Source of the DNA: Bispira polyomma
Taxonomy: Eukaryota
Direction of reading: 5' to 3'
Length of the DNA stretch: 64,000 nucleotides
Assembly: GCA_965649765.1 (NCBI GenBank)
Contig: OZ287752.1
Coordinates: forward strand, 87,606,001 to 87,670,000
The position numbers and the translations under genes are program-made. The notes under the pieces were generated by a model, which was not told the origin of the DNA, made no database searches, and worked only from the letters and a program-made list of their open reading frames with translations. Below are positions 12,935 through 25,400 of the stretch, one piece after another (position 1 is the first letter of the stretch; each line of letters opens with the position of its first letter).

Positions 12935-13264
12935 GCCTAGGCTTCCTTTAAGCATATTTTTCTCAGCTGACTGACGTTGGCCAATTTTATCGGTCACTAT
13001 TTTATATTATGAAGTGTTTCCTTTCAGCATATTTCCCTTAGATTAGATCAGACGTCAGCCAACGTCTGTTCCCCCATAATAATTATCAGTCAGGGAGCAA
13101 AAAAATTGTCAGTTCTGTCCGATTTTTAAATTAAGAAAGAAGAAGAAATTGTCATACCATTTTACATATTGGAAGGAAGGAAGCCCCTACAACGGCTAAT
13201 GTCGGCACTGCTCGGATTTTAATACATTGGTCGACGTCGGGATCGGCTGAAAGAAGGCCTAGGC
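12935..13264. mobile_element. MITE with short TIRs (gcttccttt(c/a)agca...gctgaaag(g)aag), family copy 1
   Basis: Inverted termini, and internal homology to 18243-18522 (ttggccaattttatcggtca, cagtcagggag). Confidence 0.65.
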
Positions 13265-13739
13265 TAAACGCGGGTAAAAGTGACATAAACCTAAACATTA
13301 AATTCTAAATACCATTATCTGTTCGAGCTTTCCACCTAAACTGAACTGACACACTACTATAGTGACCACATAATAATCAGTAATAATATCATTAAGCCTG
13401 TGTCATCCAATTTTGTTGGATTTACTACCAAGTGTTCTCTCCCTAACCCACTGGTATTGACTTAACTCACTTAGAAACCTCTTAAACCAGCACAACTCCT
13501 TCCCAAGAAGTACTTCTTCCTGGTAGTAAAACTGATCTCATCTCTGCACCTCATCACTGTATTCTGATCACATCAAGCCATTTCTCTGGCATCTGTCAAC
13601 TTTTTGTACTTTCCCATTTAGTGGGTATTTAAATTCTGTGTCAATGTGTCTCTTACAGATATTCACTAACAGCAGACCAATCTTTGTCCAAGTCATCAGT
13701 GTGCTAGTTTGGGTTGCTTTGAACTCCTTTGTATTTTAC

Positions 13740-13990
13740 CTTAGTGAGCAGAATACGTTATGGAATAGTCTCCGTGTCGAGCTAAGATCACTAAACACAC
13801 TTTTTGGTTTTAGAAAAAAGTTTAAAACCTATCTTTTTAAACTTCCCTAATCCCTCTTAGTTTTCCTCCCTATACACCCTGTATCTTTCCTTACGACCTT
13901 GGCTACGATTTTGGACTTCTCTATTGTTAAACTGAATCTGATGTGTTGCTTTAGAAGAAGCCTCACATCATTAAGGCGTGTTAAAATATT
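13740..13990 (+). mobile_element. CR1/L2 3' fragment
   Basis: LWNSLRVELRS...FRKKFKTYLF plus the family 3' tail. Confidence 0.7.
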
Positions 13991-14529
13991 AAAATACAAT
14001 ACTGGTGGATGAAACTAATATAGGTTTAGTTGGTCAAGATTTCTACACTGTCTGTAAAGTACCAACATTTAGCAAGTCTACTGCCAACTGCCTCTGCAAG
14101 GCATGACTTTAATAGTGAATAATGATAAAACTAATCCTATATTCGCACATACGTGCTTTGCAATGACTGAAATGTGATATGTGAAAGTTTATCAATTGAA
14201 TTGTTCGCATGTATATCAACTCTATAGGGAAATCATATTGGAATGGTGTAGAAAGGTAGCATCCTGGAGTCGTTGATATGAGAACACCAAGATCCAATAT
14301 TGCGATTGGAAATCAACCGTTGGTTGTCCCAAATTCTAACATGACACAGCTGTATCCATGATTCTGATTGGTCGACAGCCTCGGTAAAATTCTGCGTATA
14401 CCTATGGCTGTTCCATTAGTTACACTGCAAACGTAATTAAGATGGAACAGATTATGTTTATTTACGTTTATCACCAATATATATATATATATATATTTTA
14501 AATTAAGGCAAGTTTTATCTTGTTTATTA

Positions 14530-14950
14530 TTTTGTCATGTTAGAATAGGAATAACACACTCCAAAGCATGGTGTACTCAGAATTTTACCATTCTTCAAGA
14601 ATTCGCCTTCGTGGGCCTAAACCTTGAATCATGGTAAAATTCTGCGTATACCATGCTTTGTCATGTGTTATTCGGGGCCGCGGTGGCCTAGTGGTTAGCA
14701 AGCATTGCGCTTCACAATCACTGGTCTCTCACCTCTGGGCGGCGTGAGTTCGAATCCCGTCGATGCCTATGTGGGAAAGGTGGTAGTTCCTTACTGTGGG
14801 CCGCTGGTTTCTCTGCAGAACCTTGACCGACTGTATGCAGTGTTTCCTCCAGCGTTTCCAACTACCCGTCCCAATATAACCTACTAAAAGGTACTAGAGT
14901 GGACGTTAAATATCCAAATTCAAATTCAAGTCATGTGTTATTCCTATATT
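14530..14950. repeat. Palindromic interspersed element (arms aataggaataacac...accat / atggt...gtgttattcctat) interrupted by a SINE
   Basis: Self-complementary arms. A second copy lies in inverted orientation at ~32355-32490. Confidence 0.6.
14674..14929 (+). mobile_element. tRNA-derived SINE, copy 1
   Basis: A box tggcctagtgg, B box gttcgaatcc, (caaatt)n tail. 14-bp TSD gtcatgtgttattc at 14660-73 and 14930-43. Confidence 0.95.
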
Positions 14951-16441
14951 GAATACTTCAGTATGTAGGTCAAGCTGAGACAGCCCACAGCTCAGTGTGC
15001 ATTCTTTGCATAATAAGTAAATACTACATTAAAATGGGTGCAAATATATGCATATATATATATGAGGAAAGAAAAATTAAGTATACTTTTAATTAGATTG
15101 ATTTATGTCTCTTATTATCTGATAATTATATGTATTCAAACTATACATACCTATTATTATACATGTATGTATCTATCAATTAGAAATCTACACGTACGAG
15201 CATAATTATATCTATACAATAAATATATGTCCATCTTATTATAAAGAAAGCAATGTTTGATGAATTAAAAGACAGGTAATATGTGTGTGTGGGGGGGAGG
15301 GGGGGGGAGGGGGGCGGTGTGTGGTTGGGTGTGGGTTAGTGTGTGTGTGGGTAGGTGTCTGTTTGTTTGTACGTATACTAGATCTAAGATAAAGTCTAAG
15401 TCCTTTTGCCAATACCCCTTTATGAGTAAATATATGGGACATGGTGTTCTTACTGGAACCGTCCCTTTATTCTGTCCTGTAAAATACCAAGATAACTGTG
15501 TTACTAGAATAATATAAGCACAACGTGTTTAAACTGAGGAATTCCGCCCAGTCATGATCCATCGATTTCTCGAAGACGTAGTTTTGACGTTCTAAGTGTA
15601 TGAGGGGGTGTCACCTCCCACAGAATGGATATGTAAATAAAGTTCCAATCGATAACAGTCCTATGGGTGGGCTCTGTACAACATACATCGGCATGTATTT
15701 GTGGTCTTCAACGTGTACTTCAATATTGTTCTAATTAGACTGTTTTATAGACGAAGACATTTCCATCAAAACTTAAATATAAGACATCTAATTATCTAGT
15801 GGGTTATCTAATGGTTTCTAACATACACCCCCCCCCCCCCCATTTGTTTTTTCTGCTGGAGATTACAAAGGTTAAAGCAAATTGTAACGGTTTAAGAAAA
15901 ATTGTGAAGGTAAATATAAAATTGGTCAGAATAATAGTGGAGTGATCCCCCCTTGAAATCCCCCTTGACATTTTAGCCCCGCCCACTACAATACTAACAC
16001 GTGCTTTACTCTACACCGGGACATGATGCAATCTGACTATTGCCTCATCAGACTAAAAACACACAAGAAAATCCTGCAGTTATTTGTCCAATTTTCAGAA
16101 TTGGGTGCATTTTATAGAAATCCGGCCAGTTTTGCAGAATCATTGTGTGTTTTTGTATAATGAAGTTGCTGTCGGTTGTTATATAAAGCTGGATATCTCT
16201 GGCATAAACAGGCAATTGGAAAACTGTTTGTGGTGGAGTGTGTTTGGGAAAACATATGTTTAACTTACCAGATTGAATTGAGTTTGTTGTGAAAGATTTC
16301 CACAGTGGGAGTTTATATTATATATTATACTGACATCAAATTGTCATATAGCATTTGTGGCACCAAAGTGTTTGATATATAATTTATTAATGAAGATTTA
16401 AGTGACAGTTTGCAGGTGGAATTTATTTTTACACAGAAGTT

Positions 16442-16489
16442 ATGGAGTCCAAACCGAGGCTGTGCGAGCAGACTAACGGGGTTGTACAG
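16442..16489 (+). CDS. SLC6 exon 1 (putative start; [16 protein letters not shown])
   Basis: ATG, then cag|gtaact donor; phase 0 matches exon 2. No homology support. Confidence 0.6.
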
Positions 16490-19400
16490 GTAACTATATG
16501 TATATAGTAACTATATGTTGGGATGTGACGTCATAGTATAGGTTAGGGTCTACGTGACCCCACATTACTATTACTGCAGCCACTGAGAGTGTCTTAGTAA
16601 CCTAAGATGGTTTAATAAATGGAATTCGTTTTTGACTGTTATTTGTGTCAAGGCAAGAATGTATATATGTATACATACATTTATAATGCATTCTTTTAAG
16701 TACATCGATGTACAAATCTAATACATGGCGGTTTTTGGGGCGTCACATTTGTGATTAGAAAGGTAGATTGACCACGTCACTAAGGGGTGTGAGGGCGAAA
16801 AGGGGGTGTAACCAGGGCCTAAATGGTCCATAAACGGGGCATAAACTGTTCAGAACTTGTGTAATCTGGTGTAATCTGGAGCAGACGTTGCATAAATATG
16901 CGATGAACTGCTTAGATCTGGTATGGTCTGGGATCTGGTAAAAACTGGGTATATACTGGGTATATGCTGGGTATAAACCGGGTTCAAACTGGGTATATCC
17001 TCGGCATGATCTGGTGAATGGTAGGAAAATGAGCATTGTCCCCCCCCTTTCTCTACAGACCACTGTAGTTCTGATTATTTCGGGTACACTGGGATAAAGT
17101 GTGTGTGTGTGGGGGGGGGGGGGACTAAACTTGGCATAGAGAACTTAATGGTGTGATCGCAGCATTACTGTCTGTCCTGAGGATGTGGTCTATCCGATAT
17201 GTACAAATATCAGTTTCTACTCACTTTATACACCTGGTGAAGTGAGTAAGTAGAAGCTTGTGTATGTGGGGGACCAGGTTTGTTTGTTTGATACACAGCT
17301 GAGTGGGTCCTATATTTACAGTTATACTGTGTGTCAATAGAATCTATACAAGTCGTATTACCACATGGGAATGCAAGTAGTCCAGTGAACAGACCTCTGT
17401 CGGTGTGTATGTGTGCTTAAGATGTCCATATGTGTGTGGAATTGTAACTCTGGAACTACTTCATATGTGTGTATGGCTATCTGTGTGGCTCTGTGTGGCT
17501 CTCTGTGGCTTTTTGTGACAATCTGTGTGATTTTATGCACCAGTGTGTATGATTAGCTGTGCCTATTTGTCTGACTGTATATGGCTATATGTATGGCTGT
17601 GTGTGTGGCTCTAGGCCCACGTTTGTCTGATTATCGGTGTAGCCGTGTATATCTCAGTTAACGTGAGGCTATAAAATACTGTTACCGTCACCCTATGTTA
17701 TTCTTCTGCTATATAATAATGCCCCCCCCCCCCCCACCCCCGCCTCCCCTCCCACAAAAAAAAAAAAATAATAAATAAAATGTTATTCTTTTCATAGTGT
17801 GCCTTAACACACTAAACTAGCAAAGTAGCCTGTGAAGTTCTCATGACTTGGGGGTCTCTGCATAAGGGTGGTCACCCTATATACTGCTCTCATCCTCTAG
17901 GTGATACACTGAGTGTGTGTGTGTGGTGGGACAGACACACACTCCCTGCACCCTATACACTGCCCTCACCCTCAAGGTGGTACACTGGGTGTGAGTGTGT
18001 GTGTCTGTACACACAGTGTCTGGTAGAAGTGACAGCTACCTGGACACAGTTTATCACTATGGATATGAGTACAGGACAAGGCTTGGGTGGGGTCAGTAAC
18101 TACAACCTTAAGTTCATACCACACACAAAAGGATTGACTTGACTTCCCTGGTGGGTGGGTCTGTATGGTGGGTTGAAGTCACCTTAGACACTGCCAATCT
18201 ATAGCAGTCTGTAGTGTGTACTGTTTGACACCAAGTTAGCTAACGCTTCCTTTCAGCATGTTTTTCTTGGCCAATTTTATCGGTCATTATACAATAAGTG
18301 CTTCCCAACAGTATATTTGCATCAGATCAGAACTGAAGTCGGCCGACGTTGCCCCAACATATTTTATCCGTCAGGGAGGGGCAAAATCAGGGGGTAGGTC
18401 TGACTTTTAAACAAAAATTAAGGAAATTAAAAAAAAAAAGTTTTATATCAAAATTTTTACCACATATCTGATGACAGGAAGTGCTACATCGGCCGACGTC
18501 AGAATGTGCTGAAAGGAAGCGTAGGTTTAGACTAGTTAATTTGTAACTATATTATGTACACGCTGGGACTGTGTACAACTGACAACAGAATTTTGCCACA
18601 TAATTAAACCCACCTTGTACAACGTTGAAAATTTAACAAAAGGATTGGATGAATTCAACATTATATTTTGAAGAACATTTGATTTAATCAACACACACTG
18701 TAAACTTCACAACACTATTATATGTTGGTAATCAGATGAACACAAACTAAGTGAACACACTAAATTCAACTATTTACATTTCAGATGCAGGTTTATTATT
18801 ATAATGGAAATGTTTTTTTCCAGACTAAACTCTAACAATTTCTTAAGTACATTTCACATAATTTACACGTTTAATTATAAACCTGGAGAAAAAAGTTCTT
18901 GTTAGTTGGTAGTTGTTATTGATAAACATATTAAAGAGTTATTGACAGGTGTTACAAGAATTGGGACATGAATTAAGTTAGACTGGCTTTGGACACCATA
19001 TATGGCTAAAATACACGGGTCAATTAATTTTAACAGTCTTAGTAATGCTTCGTGTTATGACGTCATAGACGTCATTCCTCAACAGCATTCCTTATTATTT
19101 CCCAGAATTTGGATAGAATAATCTGTTAATTTAATAATTATAAAGAATGTTTTGGTAAGATCCTTAGATTACTGTTCAAAAAGCATATATTCCTTGCGGC
19201 GTCTTTAATGCCTTCAGTCTTTGGTGTTACACTGTTTGGAACCAGAAGCCGGATGTTCCAATAGCAAAGTTTCCGGGTGGAATTAAACCATTGTTAATTT
19301 GAGAGCTAACAAGATAATGATGTATATTCTAAGGATATTGAACCTAAAATATACGAACTATCTGGAGCCGCCATATTCACAAAAGGTCTTAGTCTTAACT

Positions 19401-22400
19401 TAGTCTTAACTTAGTCTTAAACTTAAAAGAGTTTAGTCTTTGATTTATTTGGGCCCAAATGGTTTACATTTCTTAGTCCCAGTGACAGATAAGGTTTTAG
19501 GTTTGTGTTCACTTTGTTCTCTACACGCATGTAAGACTAACAGTAGTCTGTCTGAAGTATTAAAGACATTGTTAAACTTAAGTCTATAAGGCTAAGACCT
19601 TTTGTGAATACAACCCAGTTAATGTAGTACCCAGCCATGGTGTGTGGAACGTGGTCTTTACATATATATAATGGAAATTATGTACACAAACAAATATATA
19701 GCTAGTTTATAACCAAACCCCAACAACTACTCAATACTACTTGGACTTCTAAATAGTCTAAAGATTCCCACAATATATTAACGGGCATTTTATTGGTTTC
19801 GTGCAAAAGCAAATGCGTGCTGTATAGAAATGTGTGTGTGTGTGTGTGTGTGTGTAGGAGGGGCTTATCCTCAGCATCCTCTATCTTCGCCCATTAATGA
19901 CCACGTGACGCAATAGTCGTCTGTCTGGTTCGATAGCACTTAACAGTGTTTTATTACCTGTTGGACACTAAACTGCAAAAGAACACTGTCTAGTGTAGTG
20001 GATTTATTGCAGAAACTCTGAGAATTGTGTAATTAAAACAAGGCATGTTTTACACACATTTCCGTGTACTCCACCTATTATATGGTTCATTCAAGTACCA
20101 TTTTTTACATGACCTCAAGAGCTGGACTTGAGTTTATAATCTTTACAAACAATTTGCTAAAATATGGCGATTGCTCTCAATATTATGGTTAAACAACTGA
20201 TGTTTTGGTATGTTCTGTTGTTGTAAATACCACAACGACTATTGCAGGTATAACTAGAGGTAGAACTCTGATCCAGGGTCAGGTTTACAAACTGGAGAGA
20301 GTGCAGCACAAGACATTGCTGAACAGGCTCAGTACCTTATCAAATTGTGGATCTACTCACAGTCAGCATGTACTCACTGAAAGCAGCCACTTTGTTCACA
20401 CTACAAACTACTTGTATTTTTACACTACAAACTACTTGTGTCATCACATTATAAATCACTTGTATTTTCACACTACAAACCAGAGTTATTTTCACACTAC
20501 AAACTACTTGCATTTTCACACTACAAACCACTTGTATTTTCACACTACAAAGCAATGGTATTTTCACACTACAAACCACTTGTATTTTCACACTACAAAC
20601 CACTTGTATTTTCACACTTTAAATCACTTGTATTTTCACACTACAAACCAATTGTATTTTCACACTACAAACCAATGGTATTTTCACACTACAAACCAAT
20701 GGTATTTTCACACTACAAACCACTTGTATTTTCACACTACAAACCAATGGTATTTTCACACTACAAACCACTTGTATTTTCACACTTTAAACCACTTGTA
20801 TTTTCACACTACAAACCAATTGTATTTTCAGACTACAAACCAATGGTATTTTCACACTACAAACCACTTGTATTTTCACACTACAAACCAATGGTATTTT
20901 CACACTACAAACCAATGGTATTTTCACACTACAAACCACTTGTATTTTCACACTTTAAATCACTTGTATTTTCACACTACAAACCAATTGTATTTTCACA
21001 CTACAAACCAATGGTATTTTCAGACTACAAACCACTTGTATTTTCACACTACAAACCACTTGTATTTTCACACTACATATCAGTGGTATTTTCACACTAC
21101 AAACCAATGGTATTTTCAGATTTTAAACCAATGGTATTTTCACACTACAAACTACTTGTATTTTCACACTACAAACTACTTGTATTTTCAGACTACATAT
21201 CAGTGGTATTTTCAGACTACAAACCAATGATATTTTCACACTACAAACCACTTGTCTTTTCACACTACATATCAGGGTTATTTTCAGACTACAAATCAGT
21301 GGTATGTTCACACTACAAACTAGTGGTATTTTCACACTACATATCGGTGGTATTTTCACACTACAAACCCCTTGTATTTTCACACTACATATCAGTGGTA
21401 TTTTCACACTAAAAACTAGTGGTACTTTATATGCTTCCACCATTGTATTTCAGAAGAGCCCACCTCCTGATGATGTCACCAAGAAGGACCCCCTCCTCAG
21501 CCCTGACCTCCACTCTCACACTGATGAGGGGTCTGAGAGCTCAGAGGACCCAGAGAGGGGCAACTGGTCAGGAAAGCTTGACTTTGTTATGTCAGCGCTC
21601 TCATTTGCCGTGGGTATGGGCAATATCTGGAGGTTTCCATACCTGTGTTATAGGAACGGCGGAGGTGGGTACTTAAGGGTTGTGGTGACGATCTGTTAAT
21701 GAACTATCTGAAAAGAGAGTCAGTGCCTTAGAGGATGCTTGATTAATTTGTGCTTTCAAAATCCTCAAGTAACCATTAAACGACACACTCACTGACAATT
21801 TGAGGTATAACTCGATGATATAACAATTATTGATCACTTGAATCGTCACTTAAATACACGTCTTCTCACATGTCTATATCACATGACCTCTTTCTTAATC
21901 TACAGGTGCTTTCCTCATCCCATACCTCCTGATAGTAGTGTTTGCGGGCTTGCCACTCATGTACATGGAGCTGTCCTTTGGTCAGTTTGCCAGTCAGGGA
22001 GTGGTGTCCATCTGGAAGGCCAGTCCTCTCTTCCAGGGTAGGTAGTGTGTAGTGGTGTGTGGGTCAGGATAGGGAATCCATAGGGACTCTAAGTGTAATG
22101 TACACCTGATATTATAGTGACTTCCAAGGTAGGTAGTGTGTACTGGTATGTGGGTCAGGATAGGGAATCCATAGGGACTCTAAGTGTAAGGCACACCTGA
22201 TATTATAGTGACTTTCAAGGTAGGTAGTGTGGACTGGTATGTGGGTCAGGATAGGGAATCCATATCCAGAAAGATTCCAAGTGTAATGCACACCTGACAT
22301 TATAGTGACTTGAAAACATCATAAATAGTAAATAGTCTGTATCAGTTATTTACCTTGTAATTTGCTTGTTATATGACAATGATACCAGTTACCTAGTTAC

Positions 22401-25400
22401 ACATACCATTCCTCTGTCTGTAGGTATTGACTGGACTATGTATGTATTACAACATGTTTACACCAGTTACCTAGTTACACCACTCCTCTGTCTGTAGGTA
22501 TTGACTAGACTATGTATGTATTACAACATGTTTACACAAGTCACCTAGTTACACCATTCCTCTGTCTGTAGGTATTGACTGGACTATGTATGTATTACAA
22601 CATGTTTACACCATTTACCTAGTTACACCATTCCTCTGTCTGTAGGTATTGACTGGACTATGTATGTATTACAACATGTTTACACCATTTACCTAGTTAC
22701 AATTCCTCTGTCTGTAGGTATTGACTAGACTATGTATGTATTACAACATGTTTACACAAGTCACCTAGTTACACCATTCCTCTGTCTGTAGGTATTGACT
22801 GGACTATGTATGTATTACAACATGTTTACACCAGTTACCTAGTTACACCACTCCTCTGTCTGTAGGTATTGACTAGACTATGTATGTATTACAACATGTT
22901 TACACAAGTCACCTAGTTACACCATTCCTCTGTCTGTAGGTATTGACTGGACTATGTATGTATTACAACATGTTTACACCATTTACCTAGTTACACCATT
23001 CCTCTGTCTGTAGGTATTGACTGGACTATATATGTATTACAACATGTTTACACCATTTACCTAGTTACAATTCCTCTGTCTGTAGGTATTGACTAGACTA
23101 TGTATGTATTACAACATGTTTACACAAGTCACCTAGTTACACCATTCCTCTGTCTGTAGGTATTGACTGGACTATGTATGTATTACAACATGTTTACACC
23201 AGTTACCTAGTTACACCACTCCTCTGTCTGTAGGTATTGACTAGACTATGTATGTATTACAACATGTTTACACAAGTCACCTAGTTACACCATTCCTCTG
23301 TCTGTAGGTATTGACTGGACTATGTATGTATTACAACATGTTTACACCAGTTACCTAGTTACACCATTCCTCTGTCTGTAGGTATTGACTGGACTATGTA
23401 TGTATTACAACATGTTTACACCATTTACCTAGTTACAATTCCTCTGTCTGTAGGTATTGACTAGACTATGTAGGTATTACAACATGTTTACACAAGTCAC
23501 CTAGTTACACCATTCCTCTGTCTGTAGGTATTGACTAGACTATGTATGTATTACAACATGTTTACGCAAGTCACCTAGTTACACCATTCCTCTGTCTGTA
23601 GGTATTGACTGGACTATGTATGTATTACAACATGTTTACACCATTTACCTAGTTACAATTCCTCTGTCTGTAGGTATTGACTAGACTATGTATGTATTAC
23701 AACATGTTTACACCAGTTACCTAGTTACACCATTCCTCTATCTGTAGGTATTGACTGGACTATGTATGTATTACAACATGTTTACACAAGTCACCTAGTT
23801 ACACCATTCCTCTGTCTGTAGGTATTGACTGGACTATGTATGTATTACAACATGTTTACACCAGTTACCTAGTTACACCATTCCTCTGTCTGTAGGTATT
23901 GACTGGACTATGTATGTATTACAACATGTTTACACAAGTCACCTAGTTACACCATTCCTCTGTCTGTAGGTATTGACTGGACTATGTATGTATTACAACA
24001 TGTTTACACCAGTTACCCAGTTACACAACTCCTCTGTCTGTAGGTATTGACTGGACTATGTATGTATTACAACATGTTTACACCAGTTACCCAGTTACAC
24101 CATTCCTCTGTCTGTAGGTATTGGCTGGACTATGTTTGCCATTTCTTTCATCTCCTGTATGTATTACAACATGCTGGTCGCTTACAGTTTCTACTACACG
24201 TTTGCGTCGTTTGCCAGTGACGTGCCTTGGAGGTCATGTGACAATTCGTGGAACACGCCAGGTCAGTGGAGAAGATTGTGTAAACTGGGCTTACGATTAC
24301 AGTCTTCGAGAATGTTCTATTAAACCTCAGAAATCAATATCGTTTCACCTGCTAATGTTCTATTACAAATTGAGCTATTAAGCTTTTTAAGACAATAATC
24401 TGTCTGATGAGCTATTGTGTGTTACACAGTAAAACCTCTATTATCCGAACTTCTATTATCCAAGTATACAATTTAATAAATACAGTTTTACTCTCTCAAA
24501 TTTGAATTTTCCTATTCATTAATACTGTAATGCTTCGTCTATTTTCCAAACATTCTGTGATCCAAACTAAATCTTGCCAGCCCAATATGTTCGGATGATA
24601 GATGTTCGTCTATATTATGTCACTCCTGACCCCCCCCCCCCCCCCCCCTGTCTCTCTAGTATGATATATCACACACTCACTCTCATTTTCCAGGCTGTGG
24701 GGGACTGGGTGAGATGAAGAACTGTACCTCCCATGAGGGTGTTTGGTTTAACAACACCTGCTACAATACAAGTCACACAACACTACAACTACTACAGCAG
24801 ATAGAGGCTCAAACTAACCAATCAGGAGGCCTAGGCTTTAAAGTGAGGTCACCCGCTGACGAATACTTCCAGTAAGTCTCTGCCACTAGGGTTGTGTGTG
24901 TGTGTGTGTGTGGGGGGGGGGGGGGGGTGACTTTTACCTTTTGTGAATACCACCCCAAACAGTTTACAAGGAGACTCCTTGATATATGACTCTCTTCAGT
25001 CCATTCCTCTTTTATGTGGAGTATAAACTTTGCTCCCACAAAGGCTGAACTAGCCTATTTCTAATGGTCCTTTGAGGTGCGACTTAAAAGGCTCAAGCGT
25101 ACATCAAACCCAATGGATCTGATCAAACTGGAAATTACTTTTTGTAGTCCTGAGAGCTAAAGGTCAGCCCGACCTTTTTTTTTTTTTTTAATTTGGATAT
25201 TTAATGTCCACTCTAGTACCTGTTTAGGTTATATTGGGATGGGTAGTTAGAAACGCTGGAGGAAACACTGCATACAGTCGGTCAAGGTTCTGCACTGAAA
25301 CCAGCGGCCGACAGTAAGGAACTACCACCTTTCCCACATAGGCATCGACGGGATTCGAACTCACGCCGCCCAGAGGTGGGAGACCAGTGATTGTGAAGCG

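Noticed and set aside
14674-14765. tRNA gene (also at 25434, 44360, 46571, 57812)
   Set aside because: The A/B boxes are the head of a ~250-bp SINE with shared body, tail and TSDs, and it does not form a canonical cloverleaf.
16179-16190. TATA box (tatataaag) for the SLC6 gene
   Set aside because: Plausible, but unsupported without TSS data in such AT-rich DNA.
20205-21443. Long ORFs of 341 and 324 aa (YFHTTN / VFSHYKP repeats)
   Set aside because: Translations of a 24-bp intronic minisatellite that is open in several frames.
21454-21664. Monoamine transporter (SERT/DAT) identity
   Set aside because: TM1 has AVGMGN (Gly), not the AVDLxN Asp of monoamine transporters.
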